Virus record (IMG/VR): IMGVR_UViG_3300017754_003767
Length of the DNA stretch: 64,000 bases
Source: an uncultured virus (IMG/VR IMGVR_UViG_3300017754_003767)
Taxonomy: Duplodnaviria > Heunggongvirae > Uroviricota > Caudoviricetes
Reading direction: 5' to 3' (one strand)
In this document: piece after piece, positions 17,006-25,306 of the stretch
Numbering within the stretch: the stretch's first letter is position 1
How the letters are laid out: every line of letters starts with the position of its first letter
The notes under the pieces: generated by a model
Database searches by the model: none
What the model saw: the letters and a program-made list of their open reading frames with translations, nothing else
What the model was told of the DNA's origin: nothing
Program-made: the position numbers and the translations under genes

Positions 17006-17308
17006 TTATTCTCCAAGTAATGCGCAGGTTTGATCCATGAGTTGAGGGAATACTTCAACAGGACAGATGCGACATTGCGCATGTTCCGTTGGTGTCTTGA
17101 GGTGATCCCATTGAACACGCAACATCTTCATGGTGCGCTTACTCTTCAATTGCTTGGTGACCACCTCAACCACAGTGCCATACCGCTGGTTGCGGTACTG
17201 AGCAATACGATCTTTAACCTCTTGCCTGATTGCAATTAAGCCATGGGTCTTGGGTCGTTCGGCAACACGGTCACCAACTTGATAGGTAAATTGAGATTTG
17301 GTTGTCAT
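17006..17308 (-). CDS. Hypothetical SH3/KOW-like protein
   Basis: YQVGDRV...YGTVVEV...VQWD. Confidence 0.6.
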   Translation of the reverse strand: MTTKSQFTYQVGDRVAERPKTHGLIAIRQEVKDRIAQYRNQRYGTVVEVVTKQLKSKRTMKMLRVQWDHLKTPTEHAQCRICPVEVFPQLMDQTCALLGE

Positions 17309-17646
17309 TAGATGTGAGTCCAGACTTTGCGGTTGACAATACGTGAGACATGCCCACGATTGATGCCGTAGATAACAGAGATTGCAAAATTAGTTTTGCC
17401 TTCTCGTTTCAACTTGCGAATGTCCAAGATGTTCTGCTCGGTCAACACAGAGAATCCATTCCTGGATCCTTGCGTGTCCGTAAGCTTACCACCTTTCTTG
17501 GGACCACGGCGGTAATGTTCATAACGCTCAACAGTGCGAAACTTAAAGCCGCAGTCAAGGCAGCGGCAGTAGCGTTTGCTAAATGTTTCGCTGTGATCAG
17601 TGCAAGTAACACGTGTGTTCTTGCTGTCACATGATTGACATCTCAT
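17308..17646 (-). CDS. NrdR-like Zn ribbon fused to a C-terminal HTH
   Basis: MRCQSCDS..TRV...RYCRCLDCGFKFRTVE; LTEQNILDIR...ISVIYGINRGHVSRIV..K.W. Confidence 0.65.
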   Translation of the reverse strand: MRCQSCDSKNTRVTCTDHSETFSKRYCRCLDCGFKFRTVERYEHYRRGPKKGGKLTDTQGSRNGFSVLTEQNILDIRKLKREGKTNFAISVIYGINRGHVSRIVNRKVWTHI

Positions 17647-17984
17647 TGTGGATCAATAGAGCAAGGTGCATTGTCTTGTGGTTCAGCAACCTTATCTAAT
17701 TGCAATGCATCAAGAATATACAGAGTGTTTTCATCACCCAGTATCTTGAATGCATCAATAATTAAATCACGGTTACGTTCAGTTGGGTTGTAGTAATCCA
17801 ATAGGATTTCTTCTGCTCGATCAAAGTCGTCGTAGTCACCAGTAAGTTGTGCAACCACTTCACCTGGCATGGCATCAACTAAGTTTGCTACCAGTGAGTC
17901 ACGCACAGCAGGCCATGTCCAGCTTGGGACACGGGAGACTACTTCATCAACGAGATCAAGATCGATAAGATTAGGTTGCGTCAT
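17643..17984 (-). CDS. Hypothetical acidic protein
   Basis: Start MTQPNLID. Confidence 0.6.
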   Translation of the reverse strand: MTQPNLIDLDLVDEVVSRVPSWTWPAVRDSLVANLVDAMPGEVVAQLTGDYDDFDRAEEILLDYYNPTERNRDLIIDAFKILGDENTLYILDALQLDKVAEPQDNAPCSIDPQ

Positions 17985-18013
17985 AGAGAAAGACCCCGAC
18001 TTGCGCCGGGGTC
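17985..18013 (-). terminator. Intrinsic terminator
   Basis: GACCCCGGC-gcaa-GTCGGGGTC followed by TTTCTCT. Confidence 0.55.
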
Positions 18014-18032
18014 CGAACATTCCGTATTAATA

Positions 18033-18395
18033 CTAGACGGGTTCAGCACTGGTGTCCAGTGCATCACCCATCACACCAGAGGATCTTAACTTTTCCAACA
18101 TGTCACACATGATAGTGGCATGGGCATGGGTCTGATCCATGAAGTGCCTGGCACGTTCTGCGCTGATGGTGTGGACGTTGCCATTGGGCTCCACGTATTT
18201 CCAGCTCCCATCAGGCTGAGGATCCCCTTGGAGGGCCAGCCGCTCTGAGTTATGTACATAGCGAAGCTCTAGGTTATGGAAGTCTTGTAGGCCATCCTGA
18301 GCAGTCCAGGTGGCACCAATGTTGTAACGCTTGTCATGATCTGAGTATGCATGGAACTCAGGGACGATGTGCTTGAAGCAGGCAAAGATGTTCAT
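18033..18395 (-). CDS. Hypothetical protein
   Basis: 120-aa ORF. Confidence 0.65.
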   Translation of the reverse strand: MNIFACFKHIVPEFHAYSDHDKRYNIGATWTAQDGLQDFHNLELRYVHNSERLALQGDPQPDGSWKYVEPNGNVHTISAERARHFMDQTHAHATIMCDMLEKLRSSGVMGDALDTSAEPV

Positions 18396-18418
18396 TGTGT
18401 TTGAGTTGAATGAATGGT

Positions 18419-18504
18419 TGGTACAGACAGAGAGACTTGAACTCTCACGACCAAAGGTCTACGGATTTTAAGTCCGTTGCGTCTACCTATTCCGCCATGT
18501 CTGC
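18419..18504 (-). tRNA. trnL: tRNA-Leu(UAA), type II, with encoded CCA
   Basis: GCAGACA/TGTCTGT acceptor; ACGGA-CTTAAAA-TCCGT anticodon arm; long variable arm; GAGAG-TTCAAGT-CTCTC; ACCA. Confidence 0.93.
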
Positions 18505-18714
18505 ATCACTTGGACTTACATCAATTGATGTTGACTGCCAAGTGTGGTCTCGTGGCAATACTTCTAAACCGTATTGCCAACTGTCATAGTCATCCTCATT
18601 GCGAGGATCTTGCTCATCAATCAATACATAATCAGGTGTGCCATGAGTATGTATGTACTCACCAATGTTGGCGAGTGCTTGTGCTAGGAGTTGGTCGTCG
18701 GTGTACTCAGTCAT
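18487..18714 (-). CDS. Hypothetical acidic protein (3' end overlaps the tRNA)
   Basis: 75-aa ORF. Confidence 0.55.
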   Translation of the reverse strand: MTEYTDDQLLAQALANIGEYIHTHGTPDYVLIDEQDPRNEDDYDSWQYGLEVLPRDHTWQSTSIDVSPSDADMAE

Positions 18715-18765
18715 AGATGAATGCCAGCCCTAGTATCGAGGCTAAGGCCGGCAAGCCTGTGCGGG

Positions 18766-20523
18766 CTAGACGGACTCTAGCGCATCTGCTTGAAGTTTCA
18801 ACGCTTTGCCAAAGGCTTCTGTGTAGGAATCCTTTTGCTCTTGCGTCAACCGCTGGTTGGATGTACCAACGATCTGGCTAACGCTCATCATGCCCATCTC
18901 AACTTTGAGTTGGACAGTGAACGTTGGTTTGCCGTCAACCATACAGAGCACAATGAAATGTTTCTTCTTGCGTACACCAGTGGCATACTCACTGGCATTG
19001 CCGACGCAATTACGTACGGCCTGGCCCCATGCTGACAGTTGATGTGTGTCATGAGGCTGGAAGAATGACCAGCGTTCATCACCCACCTCAACCTTGACAG
19101 GCGAGGGGAATAGATCCTGGGGCAGGCTAACGTTTGGATGCTTGATCTTCCATGCTTCTACTTGTACATGATCATGGAATTCAGTCAGACGCCAACGCTT
19201 TGGCGGATCAATAGGCATGTCATTGTTGAGCACATCATTCAGCATTGATAGTGTGTCATTCCATTCAGTGAAATAAAATGTAAGTCTGCCTGTCTCACTG
19301 TTTATGTAGTAAGACAAGCTACTGGATTTGTCATTGATCTGATCTTCGTAGTTTTTCTTGAGGATATGAAAGAATGAAGCTGGTTGCATATATGTGCGCA
19401 ACCAATCTTTGGTCTTTTCACCTACGCAACGATCAAGTCGTGTGCCAATTAAATATTCAATATGGTTCTGATAGAAATCAACAGGGCAGTCTGGCCAAAT
19501 CCTATTGATGTAATCAATAGCTTGCACCAGCTTTTCAATACGATTCCAAGGTTGAGTTATCTTACGGAATAGATTGTTGTCAAGGTTATTAAACATTGCA
19601 ATGGCTTCATCACATTGTGCTTGAATCCACTTGCGAAAGAATGGTGTACCAACTATATTCATATTGCGATCAGCAACGCAATGCATAATTAGACGGTGCT
19701 CAATACTATAATCGCGATTGTGTGTTGTTTTGTATGCATCAGCTAGTCCATAAAACAAATCTGCAGATGGAACCAGATCACGCTTAGCTTGCTTTGGATC
19801 CGCAAAAGTATTCCAATACTTACTGCAATCTTTTAATCCAAGGATCGCAGTCCAGTTATTGATGACAATCCGATCAAAGAATCCACGTGCGTCATCCCAT
19901 TTGGGAATGGTTTGATCAAGTGCAGATTCAAATGCTGATATAGCTGTCTTGATGTTACAACCTTTGCCATATGATACGTATCCAGAGTTCCACCAACGAG
20001 TTGTATTGCCATCAGCAATATCTTCCTTGGTTAAATTCTGGCGTACAACGCAGAACTCACTGCGTCCGTACTTAACATATTCAACTGAAACTTTACTGTT
20101 GTTTTCAAGCAAGGTACTTGGCAGAGACTTGCGTACTGATTCAAGATTCTTGTATGCATATGCGTAGCCATATACATAATCATTCTCTTGTCCTTTGGGT
20201 GGTAGCCATGCTGCATACCACACCTTCTCATAGTGATAGATGATGGCACGAGCAATGGTGCGTGCTCTTGGTGTAGCAACATCCGCTACCTTGGTAAACT
20301 GCGCATGGCGATGTTCTACACCCCTGGCATTGAGATCAGTTACTACTTCCTCAAGCTTTGCAGGAGTAACAACATCAGCAGGTATTAGATCAAAGACTGC
20401 CCCAAGTGGAAACTTAGGTTTAGCTTTGGTTGATGCAGGATTCTTCTCACGTTGTAGCTGTTTGAGCTTGGGATCATAAGCCAGGAGTTCTGTTTGAAGG
20501 TTCGAGGGTAATTGAAACTGCAT
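18766..20523 (-). CDS. PcfJ-domain protein
   Basis: C-terminal EFHDHV...L..WG..VRNCVG...Y......FIV......FTVQL......QI.G..N. Confidence 0.7.
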   Translation of the reverse strand: MQFQLPSNLQTELLAYDPKLKQLQREKNPASTKAKPKFPLGAVFDLIPADVVTPAKLEEVVTDLNARGVEHRHAQFTKVADVATPRARTIARAIIYHYEKVWYAAWLPPKGQENDYVYGYAYAYKNLESVRKSLPSTLLENNSKVSVEYVKYGRSEFCVVRQNLTKEDIADGNTTRWWNSGYVSYGKGCNIKTAISAFESALDQTIPKWDDARGFFDRIVINNWTAILGLKDCSKYWNTFADPKQAKRDLVPSADLFYGLADAYKTTHNRDYSIEHRLIMHCVADRNMNIVGTPFFRKWIQAQCDEAIAMFNNLDNNLFRKITQPWNRIEKLVQAIDYINRIWPDCPVDFYQNHIEYLIGTRLDRCVGEKTKDWLRTYMQPASFFHILKKNYEDQINDKSSSLSYYINSETGRLTFYFTEWNDTLSMLNDVLNNDMPIDPPKRWRLTEFHDHVQVEAWKIKHPNVSLPQDLFPSPVKVEVGDERWSFFQPHDTHQLSAWGQAVRNCVGNASEYATGVRKKKHFIVLCMVDGKPTFTVQLKVEMGMMSVSQIVGTSNQRLTQEQKDSYTEAFGKALKLQADALESV

Positions 20524-20552
20524 GGTAAGTTCGGAGTAGGTTCGTAGTAAAT

Positions 20553-20579
20553 GGACAGTTTAGCGTCATGTCCAGGACG
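20553..20579 (-). promoter_or_regulatory. H-type pseudoknot leader motif, copy 5
   Basis: CGTC ct GGACA t GACG ctaaac TGTCC. Confidence 0.65.
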
Positions 20580-20586
20580 TGTGATG

Positions 20587-20835
20587 TCAGTCGTTATCTA
20601 CTGGGAGTAGTTCCCAGTCAGGGTTGAGCAAAGCAAGATAATCGCAGAAGCCATCTTCGTCAAGAGGGATTTGTTCTCCCTCATCCAGTTCGAAGCTTGT
20701 TCTGCATAGTGCAGGAGCGTACTCATCAGGGTCGAGGTAAGTCGACTTATGGATGAGACGCATGTCGTCAACCACTGCTGTAACTGTGACATCGTTTCCA
20801 TCAATGAATGTGTCTACAAGTGCCAGGACATTCAT
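20587..20835 (-). CDS. Hypothetical protein
   Basis: 82-aa acidic ORF. Confidence 0.6.
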   Translation of the reverse strand: MNVLALVDTFIDGNDVTVTAVVDDMRLIHKSTYLDPDEYAPALCRTSFELDEGEQIPLDEDGFCDYLALLNPDWELLPVDND

Positions 20836-20838
20836 GAG

Positions 20839-21036
20839 TTACACCTGTGTGAGTTGCTTGGCTTGGGCAAACTGACCTTGAGGTCCATACTTCTGTACAA
20901 GGTCAGGGAATGCATCAAGCAAACGCTGCCGATTCTGTGGATCAGCAAAGCGTAGTGCTTGTGCAATTGAGGATACGAATGAGCCGCCATAGCTGTCCAT
21001 GCGGGCAATCATGGCGTGGAGTTCGGTTGAGTTCAT
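20839..21036 (-). CDS. Hypothetical protein
   Basis: YGGSFVSSIAQALRFADPQNRQRLLDAFP, a common small phage family pattern. Confidence 0.7.
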   Translation of the reverse strand: MNSTELHAMIARMDSYGGSFVSSIAQALRFADPQNRQRLLDAFPDLVQKYGPQGQFAQAKQLTQV

Positions 21037-21127
21037 GAGATGAGGTTGAGTTGGACTGGTTAAAAGCTGGGACTTACACTGCGTCTTTCTAAGCTCCAGG
21101 GCTTAACGACTACAGACGCCCAGTTAT

Positions 21128-21325
21128 TTAAAACAACTTGATGTTACGTTTACTCAAGCCTGTGCCAGGCAGTGAAATAGATCCACGTACACCAGATTCT
21201 CTGGCGTTAAGTGTAACTTGGAACGGACCAAGTTGAATTGATTTGGTGAATGATTTAATGCCCCGTTCCGTCACATTAAACCCAGCGATGGTCTTATCAA
21301 AGTTGATGGGTGATTTGTCAGTCAT
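21128..21325 (-). CDS. DUF4236-like small protein
   Basis: FTKSIQLGPFQVTLN..ESGV..SISLPGTGLS. Confidence 0.6.
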   Translation of the reverse strand: MTDKSPINFDKTIAGFNVTERGIKSFTKSIQLGPFQVTLNARESGVRGSISLPGTGLSKRNIKLF

Positions 21326-21620
21326 CGTAGGAATCTGCGTGATGGAGTACAAACTTCAAGTCCAGATACTCGGAAGTATCTTTATCTTTGGGATGGTATG
21401 TAGCTACAAATCCACCACAACTAACTTGTTCTTCGCAAATGCATTCACGTAGTAAGTGACGTGCCATTGCCTTGAGTTTGGTTAGTGTTGGAACTGCATG
21501 TCCATCACCTTCTGTTGTTGCCCATTGCCAGTCAAGTGCTGTCATGGCAATGTGTACTTTTTCAAAGTTGAACTTATCAATGACTTCATCAATCATTGAT
21601 TCATGTACTGACTTAGTCAT
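21318..21620 (-). CDS. Hypothetical protein
   Basis: FNFEKVH.AM..LDW.W...VPT...LK..AR.LL...GGF pattern. Confidence 0.65.
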   Translation of the reverse strand: MTKSVHESMIDEVIDKFNFEKVHIAMTALDWQWATTEGDGHAVPTLTKLKAMARHLLRECICEEQVSCGGFVATYHPKDKDTSEYLDLKFVLHHADSYDD

Positions 21621-21820
21621 TTAAGGTTGTCAGGTATAAGGGCTTGGGCATCTTCATCATCCAAATTTGTCATGATGAATTTCTCTCCATCGGGGGAGAT
21701 GAATCCCCCGATGAAACCAACCCCATGTTTATCAGCTGATTCTTTCATCTTGGCTACAAGCTGCATAGCTTGTAGACGCTGGAGATCAACTGAGTCTGGA
21801 ATGCGAATGCTGTCGGACAT
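21617..21820 (-). CDS. Hypothetical protein
   Basis: 67-aa ORF, coupled. Confidence 0.55.
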   Translation of the reverse strand: MSDSIRIPDSVDLQRLQAMQLVAKMKESADKHGVGFIGGFISPDGEKFIMTNLDDEDAQALIPDNLK

Positions 21821-21925
21821 GGTGTGGTGTCAAGTGGGATCTGAGTGTGGTCACGTCAAGTCTACCAGGTGGCAGCAAGCCATGACCAATGTTCTTAATG
21901 ATTCCTTAATGTTGCGGTAGGGCTG

Positions 21926-22213
21926 TTAGCTGTGCAGCTTCTGGTGCTGACGCCATGCTTCTTCAAGCATCTCCTTGGATGACAGTGGTGGTTCACTGCC
22001 ATAGCCAAGGTCTTCATCTGTTGGTTCCCATTCAAGTTCATTCTGAAGCATGGGAATGATCTCGTCATCTAGTAGAGAGAGCATAGATGAAGTCAAGTGT
22101 TGATCCATTTCATGTCTTTTGCTTTCACGTTGGGAGATAGCTTGTAGTTCTTCAAGAATGTCTCTGAGTTTGTGGTACTCATTAAGGTTGGGTTGACGAT
22201 AGGTAGGTGTCAT
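21926..22213 (-). CDS. Hypothetical protein
   Basis: 95-aa ORF. Confidence 0.6.
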   Translation of the reverse strand: MTPTYRQPNLNEYHKLRDILEELQAISQRESKRHEMDQHLTSSMLSLLDDEIIPMLQNELEWEPTDEDLGYGSEPPLSSKEMLEEAWRQHQKLHS

Positions 22214-22306
22214 GTCTTGGGTTGGTAAGTGAATGAATGGTGTGTAGTACAGAGGTATCTCTTATAGATTAAGGTGCACCTCTGGTACTTCTTGCGGGGG
22301 TGTGGG

Positions 22307-22337
22307 GGTAGGCCAGTAGTTATCTGGCAATACCCTG
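22307..22337. repeat. 31-bp direct repeat, copy 1
   Basis: GGTAGGCCAGTAGTTATCTGGCAATACCCTG, identical to 22547-22577. Confidence 0.9.
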
Positions 22338-22367
22338 TCTTATTATGTTAAATAAAGGATTTAAACA

Positions 22368-22559
22368 ATGCAGTTAGCTGGTAAATACGCACAACAAGCC
22401 TCTGTCTCTGATGTTGTTAAGCTTGCTAAAACAATGATGCCTGGCAAACAACTTGCAGCAGGCGATCAAGAAAGTGAACTTGTTGCACGATTGGTTTCTG
22501 CATCGATGAAGCTAGGTTTAGATCCTGGAACTGTAGTACAACAAGTGGTAGGCCAGTAG
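22368..22559 (+). CDS. Small protein between the direct repeats (MQLAGKY...)
   Basis: 63 aa; AAGGA SD; opposite strand to its neighbours; stop codon lies inside repeat 2. Confidence 0.65.
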   Translation: MQLAGKYAQQASVSDVVKLAKTMMPGKQLAAGDQESELVARLVSASMKLGLDPGTVVQQVVGQ

Positions 22560-22577
22560 TTATCTGGCAATACCCTG
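22547..22577. repeat. 31-bp direct repeat, copy 2
   Basis: Identical to 22307-22337. Confidence 0.9.
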
Positions 22578-22587
22578 GTACTTACAG

Positions 22588-22947
22588 TTAGATCAAACCG
22601 AGAATCCTAAGCCAGGAGTCCGGGTGGTCCGGTTCGACTTCGTCATCACCTGGGGTGAAGCAGACGCTGTCGAACGTCCACTCTTCGATCTCTTCATTGG
22701 TTGGGATGTCGTACCATCCTTCGAGATCTTCTTTGTCCTGGGCTGAGTAATTGCCACCGGCTGGGATCCAGTAGCAACGGAGGATTCCACGCTTGTTTCT
22801 GTAAACGTTACCAGTGCAGGCGATGGCGCCTTTGGGTGCATCCTGGAAGTCTGCGTAGGCTTGGTACTGTTCTGAAGCTTCGTCTGGACCACAGGGTTCG
22901 TAGCCGACGACGCTTGCGATAAGCAGTTGTTCAGGTTGAAGAGACAT
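22588..22947 (-). CDS. Hypothetical protein
   Basis: PTNEEIEEWTFDSVCFTP.DDEVEPDHPDSWLRILGLI. Confidence 0.65.
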   Translation of the reverse strand: MSLQPEQLLIASVVGYEPCGPDEASEQYQAYADFQDAPKGAIACTGNVYRNKRGILRCYWIPAGGNYSAQDKEDLEGWYDIPTNEEIEEWTFDSVCFTPGDDEVEPDHPDSWLRILGLI

Positions 22948-23051
22948 GAGATGAGATCTCCGATGAGTGTGATTGAGATTGAGATGATCGTAAGGATAAG
23001 AATCACTGGATCCTCATCCCATACTTCAGTGCGTTGAGTTGAGTTTGTCAT
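22593..23051 (-). CDS. Overlapping membrane-anchored Ser/Thr-rich protein
   Basis: ATG 2 nt after the upstream stop; N-terminal TM segment; reads through almost the whole of 22588-22947 in another frame. Confidence 0.45.
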   Translation of the reverse strand: MTNSTQRTEVWDEDPVILILTIISISITLIGDLISCLFNLNNCLSQASSATNPVVQTKLQNSTKPTQTSRMHPKAPSPALVTFTETSVESSVATGSQPVAITQPRTKKISKDGTTSQPMKRSKSGRSTASASPQVMTKSNRTTRTPGLGFSV

Positions 23052-23053
23052 GG

Positions 23054-23263
23054 TTAATCACCGTGATGAGTTAGTGGATGTTCAACAAGTTGCCAATCAG
23101 AAACTTGGTTATTAATGAGATCAACCGATATGATTCCAGCGGTACGATCTACATAATGCCAATCGCTTTGCGATGATTCACGCATGGCTTGCTCCTGTTC
23201 GTAGGCAATGTCTGCCATAGCATCAAGCAAGTCAGCGTTGTAGTTCTGATCAAGTTCAGTCAT
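23054..23263 (-). CDS. Hypothetical protein
   Basis: Start MTELDQNYN, after pseudoknot copy 6. Confidence 0.6.
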   Translation of the reverse strand: MTELDQNYNADLLDAMADIAYEQEQAMRESSQSDWHYVDRTAGIISVDLINNQVSDWQLVEHPLTHHGD

Positions 23264-23287
23264 GGTCTGAATTGAAGTGTGGATGTT

Positions 23288-23314
23288 GAGCAGTTTAAGG
23301 ACATGCTCAGGTCC
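23288..23314 (-). promoter_or_regulatory. H-type pseudoknot leader motif, copy 6
   Basis: GGAC ct GAGCA t GTCC ttaaac TGCTC. Confidence 0.65.
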
Positions 23315-23324
23315 ATTCCCTATC

Positions 23325-23693
23325 TTATTGAGAAGAGTTAACTTTAGATAACTCAAACAAATTCAATGTATTATCCATTGTTTTAAATCCCCACAAACGT
23401 CGGTTCTTGTTCTGGCCACTGCGCGTAGCCAATGCAAGGTTTGAAGGATTGTTATTTGATGGACAGTTGTCTAAATGATCAACAGTTTTTGCGTCATCAT
23501 AATAACCATAATGAATGGAATAGACAATTAAGTGTACAGGGTAAACCTTTCGCTTAAGGCTTACCCTCCAATAACCATGAGCACTTAAATGGCCGGCAAC
23601 AGAATCTTTCTGTGTTCTATTATTAATAAAAACTTTCCACCTCAAATAAGATGGAGATGTTTCATCTAAATAAAAGAATTCGTTGAAGTCCAT
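23325..23693 (-). CDS. HNH homing endonuclease (HNH_3 type)
   Basis: GYWRV..K.K.Y.VH.IVY...VDHLDN.PSNN.PSNL..AT...Q..N; AT-rich. Confidence 0.8.
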   Translation of the reverse strand: MDFNEFFYLDETSPSYLRWKVFINNRTQKDSVAGHLSAHGYWRVSLKRKVYPVHLIVYSIHYGYYDDAKTVDHLDNCPSNNNPSNLALATRSGQNKNRRLWGFKTMDNTLNLFELSKVNSSQ

Positions 23694-23714
23694 AAAGTTC
23701 TCAAGTACGTAGGG

Positions 23715-24161
23715 TTAGATCTTCACCTCTTTCCACGCAATGCCACGGGCAATATTGCTTATGGCACAGCCACTCACGTTGTATGCCTTGCCAATTTCAT
23801 TACAGGCTTGCGTGATACCGGTGAACTTACCCATGATGTCCTCATCGGACAGCATGAGTTTAATCTCGCGGACCTGATCATGGGTCAGCTTAGGTGTTGC
23901 TCCACCGTACCTTAGATGTTTAGTACCTGGAGCTCCCACTGGTTTAGTCCTGTTACCTTCCTTGCTAACAGCCATTATCTGTGGTGCTGGCTGTTGCATC
24001 GGGGGTCGGGGGGATGTATTAAACACTCTCCCAGTACCAACAGGTAAACCAATGGTTACGTCTGTCCCCTCCTTGCGGATGGAGATGGTCACCCTACCGT
24101 CTCTGGTAATGACAGAGACATGGTCAGGGTTCTGAACGTCGAGCTGGTTGATGAGTTCCAT
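23715..24161 (-). CDS. Protein with C-terminal HTH
   Basis: PKLTHDQVREIK...EIGKAYNVSGCAISNIARG.AW. Confidence 0.65.
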   Translation of the reverse strand: MELINQLDVQNPDHVSVITRDGRVTISIRKEGTDVTIGLPVGTGRVFNTSPRPPMQQPAPQIMAVSKEGNRTKPVGAPGTKHLRYGGATPKLTHDQVREIKLMLSDEDIMGKFTGITQACNEIGKAYNVSGCAISNIARGIAWKEVKI

Positions 24162-24255
24162 GGAGTTGGTTGGAGCAGGTCTAGGTTACATGCTGGTTGC
24201 TAGCTATGCAACAACGCATGTGGTGTGGTGCAGAGCTGAGACGCTACCTATGGTG

Positions 24256-24597
24256 TTACCTCAGGTACAAGTACGATCCTGCATAGTCACAGTTGTGTAG
24301 GCAGGTTTCAAATGATTGATCATCCAGTAACAGGTACCTGGCATGTTTCGCTGGTGCTTGCCATGATGCAGGCTTATAGAGAGTCCCTGTTTGCCTTGCG
24401 ACAAATGCGTGGACCGACCTGCCTTCATACCTGGTGCCAGGGCTAGAAACGTGGATGATCTTGTAGTACTTAACGCCGCGCTTAACTTCGAAAGCTATGG
24501 GGCTGTTGTACTGTTTGTAGAACTTCTCTTGGAGCGTATCGCAGAGTTCCTGGATACGATCTTCGATGAGCTTGGTGTTAGCGCTGAGTGTTGTCAT
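24256..24597 (-). CDS. Hypothetical phage protein
   Basis: KYYKII...SVHAFV...TG.LYKPASW.APAK.ARY family pattern. Confidence 0.75.
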   Translation of the reverse strand: MTTLSANTKLIEDRIQELCDTLQEKFYKQYNSPIAFEVKRGVKYYKIIHVSSPGTRYEGRSVHAFVARQTGTLYKPASWQAPAKHARYLLLDDQSFETCLHNCDYAGSYLYLR

Positions 24598-24775
24598 GTT
24601 GTTGAGTAGGAGTTTGGTTGGTGATATCCATGCCGACCACTGCACCTGCGGTGAGTGCGGCAATGATTAGTGACAGGGCTGCCACACAGATCTTACTAAG
24701 GCGAGTCTCATGAGACGCATAGTAAGAATCAAGGTGGACAAATTGCCCTGGTGCCAAACGTACTGTGTGTTTCAT
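24578..24775 (-). CDS. Small membrane protein
   Basis: One TM segment. Confidence 0.55.
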   Translation of the reverse strand: MKHTVRLAPGQFVHLDSYYASHETRLSKICVAALSLIIAALTAGAVVGMDITNQTPTQQHDNTQR

Positions 24776-24781
24776 TGGTGT

Positions 24782-25042
24782 TCAATCAACTGCAAGGATG
24801 TACTTAACGCATGCGTAGCTTGGGACTACGTAGTCGTTAGGAATTTCATTGAGGTAATACCATTGACCTTTGCAGTCAATTGATATGCAAGAGTCTTCGG
24901 TCGCAAGCTGCAGTGCTTTGGCACCTGTGGTGCACCAAATCATGTAAACATTCTTGTCAAACAGTAGATAGTAATCAGACTGTTTGATGTTGAACTGTGT
25001 GAGTGCAGCTTCAATTTGATGGTGGTCAAGTGTAACTGGCAT
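24782..25042 (-). CDS. Hypothetical protein
   Basis: 86-aa ORF. Confidence 0.55.
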   Translation of the reverse strand: MPVTLDHHQIEAALTQFNIKQSDYYLLFDKNVYMIWCTTGAKALQLATEDSCISIDCKGQWYYLNEIPNDYVVPSYACVKYILAVD

Positions 25043-25116
25043 GGGTATGCAGTTGGGTTGAGTGTGTGCAGACGGTGAGGTCTGCAGAAAAGGGCCAAAG
25101 CCCCTTAGTGCAAACG

Positions 25117-25305
25117 TCAGAGTGTACGTTTATCCAGGCAATAATACTTATCGCCTAGCATAAGGTCTTTCATGTAGACAAGCTGATGCCCTGCTTTCGC
25201 TGGGCAGTGCTCGACATGATAATTGTTCAGAAGCTTCTGTACTCCAACACAGAGCAGTAAACCTGCTCCTGTGCCTAGAAGATAGGGTAGTACGCAGTCT
25301 TTCAT
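25117..25305 (-). CDS. Small membrane protein
   Basis: N-terminal TM segment. Confidence 0.55.
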   Translation of the reverse strand: MKDCVLPYLLGTGAGLLLCVGVQKLLNNYHVEHCPAKAGHQLVYMKDLMLGDKYYCLDKRTL

Positions 25306-25306
25306 G

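Noticed and set aside
18750..18771. Second bypass candidate at the PcfJ-like gene stop (GTC TAG CCC...GGCT)
   Set aside because: Weak 4-bp stem, no Val landing codon before the next gene, and the domain appears complete.
7708..23314. preQ1 or SAM-II riboswitch identity for the small pseudoknots
   Set aside because: The conserved ligand-binding nucleotides are not evident and the downstream genes are unrelated to those pathways.
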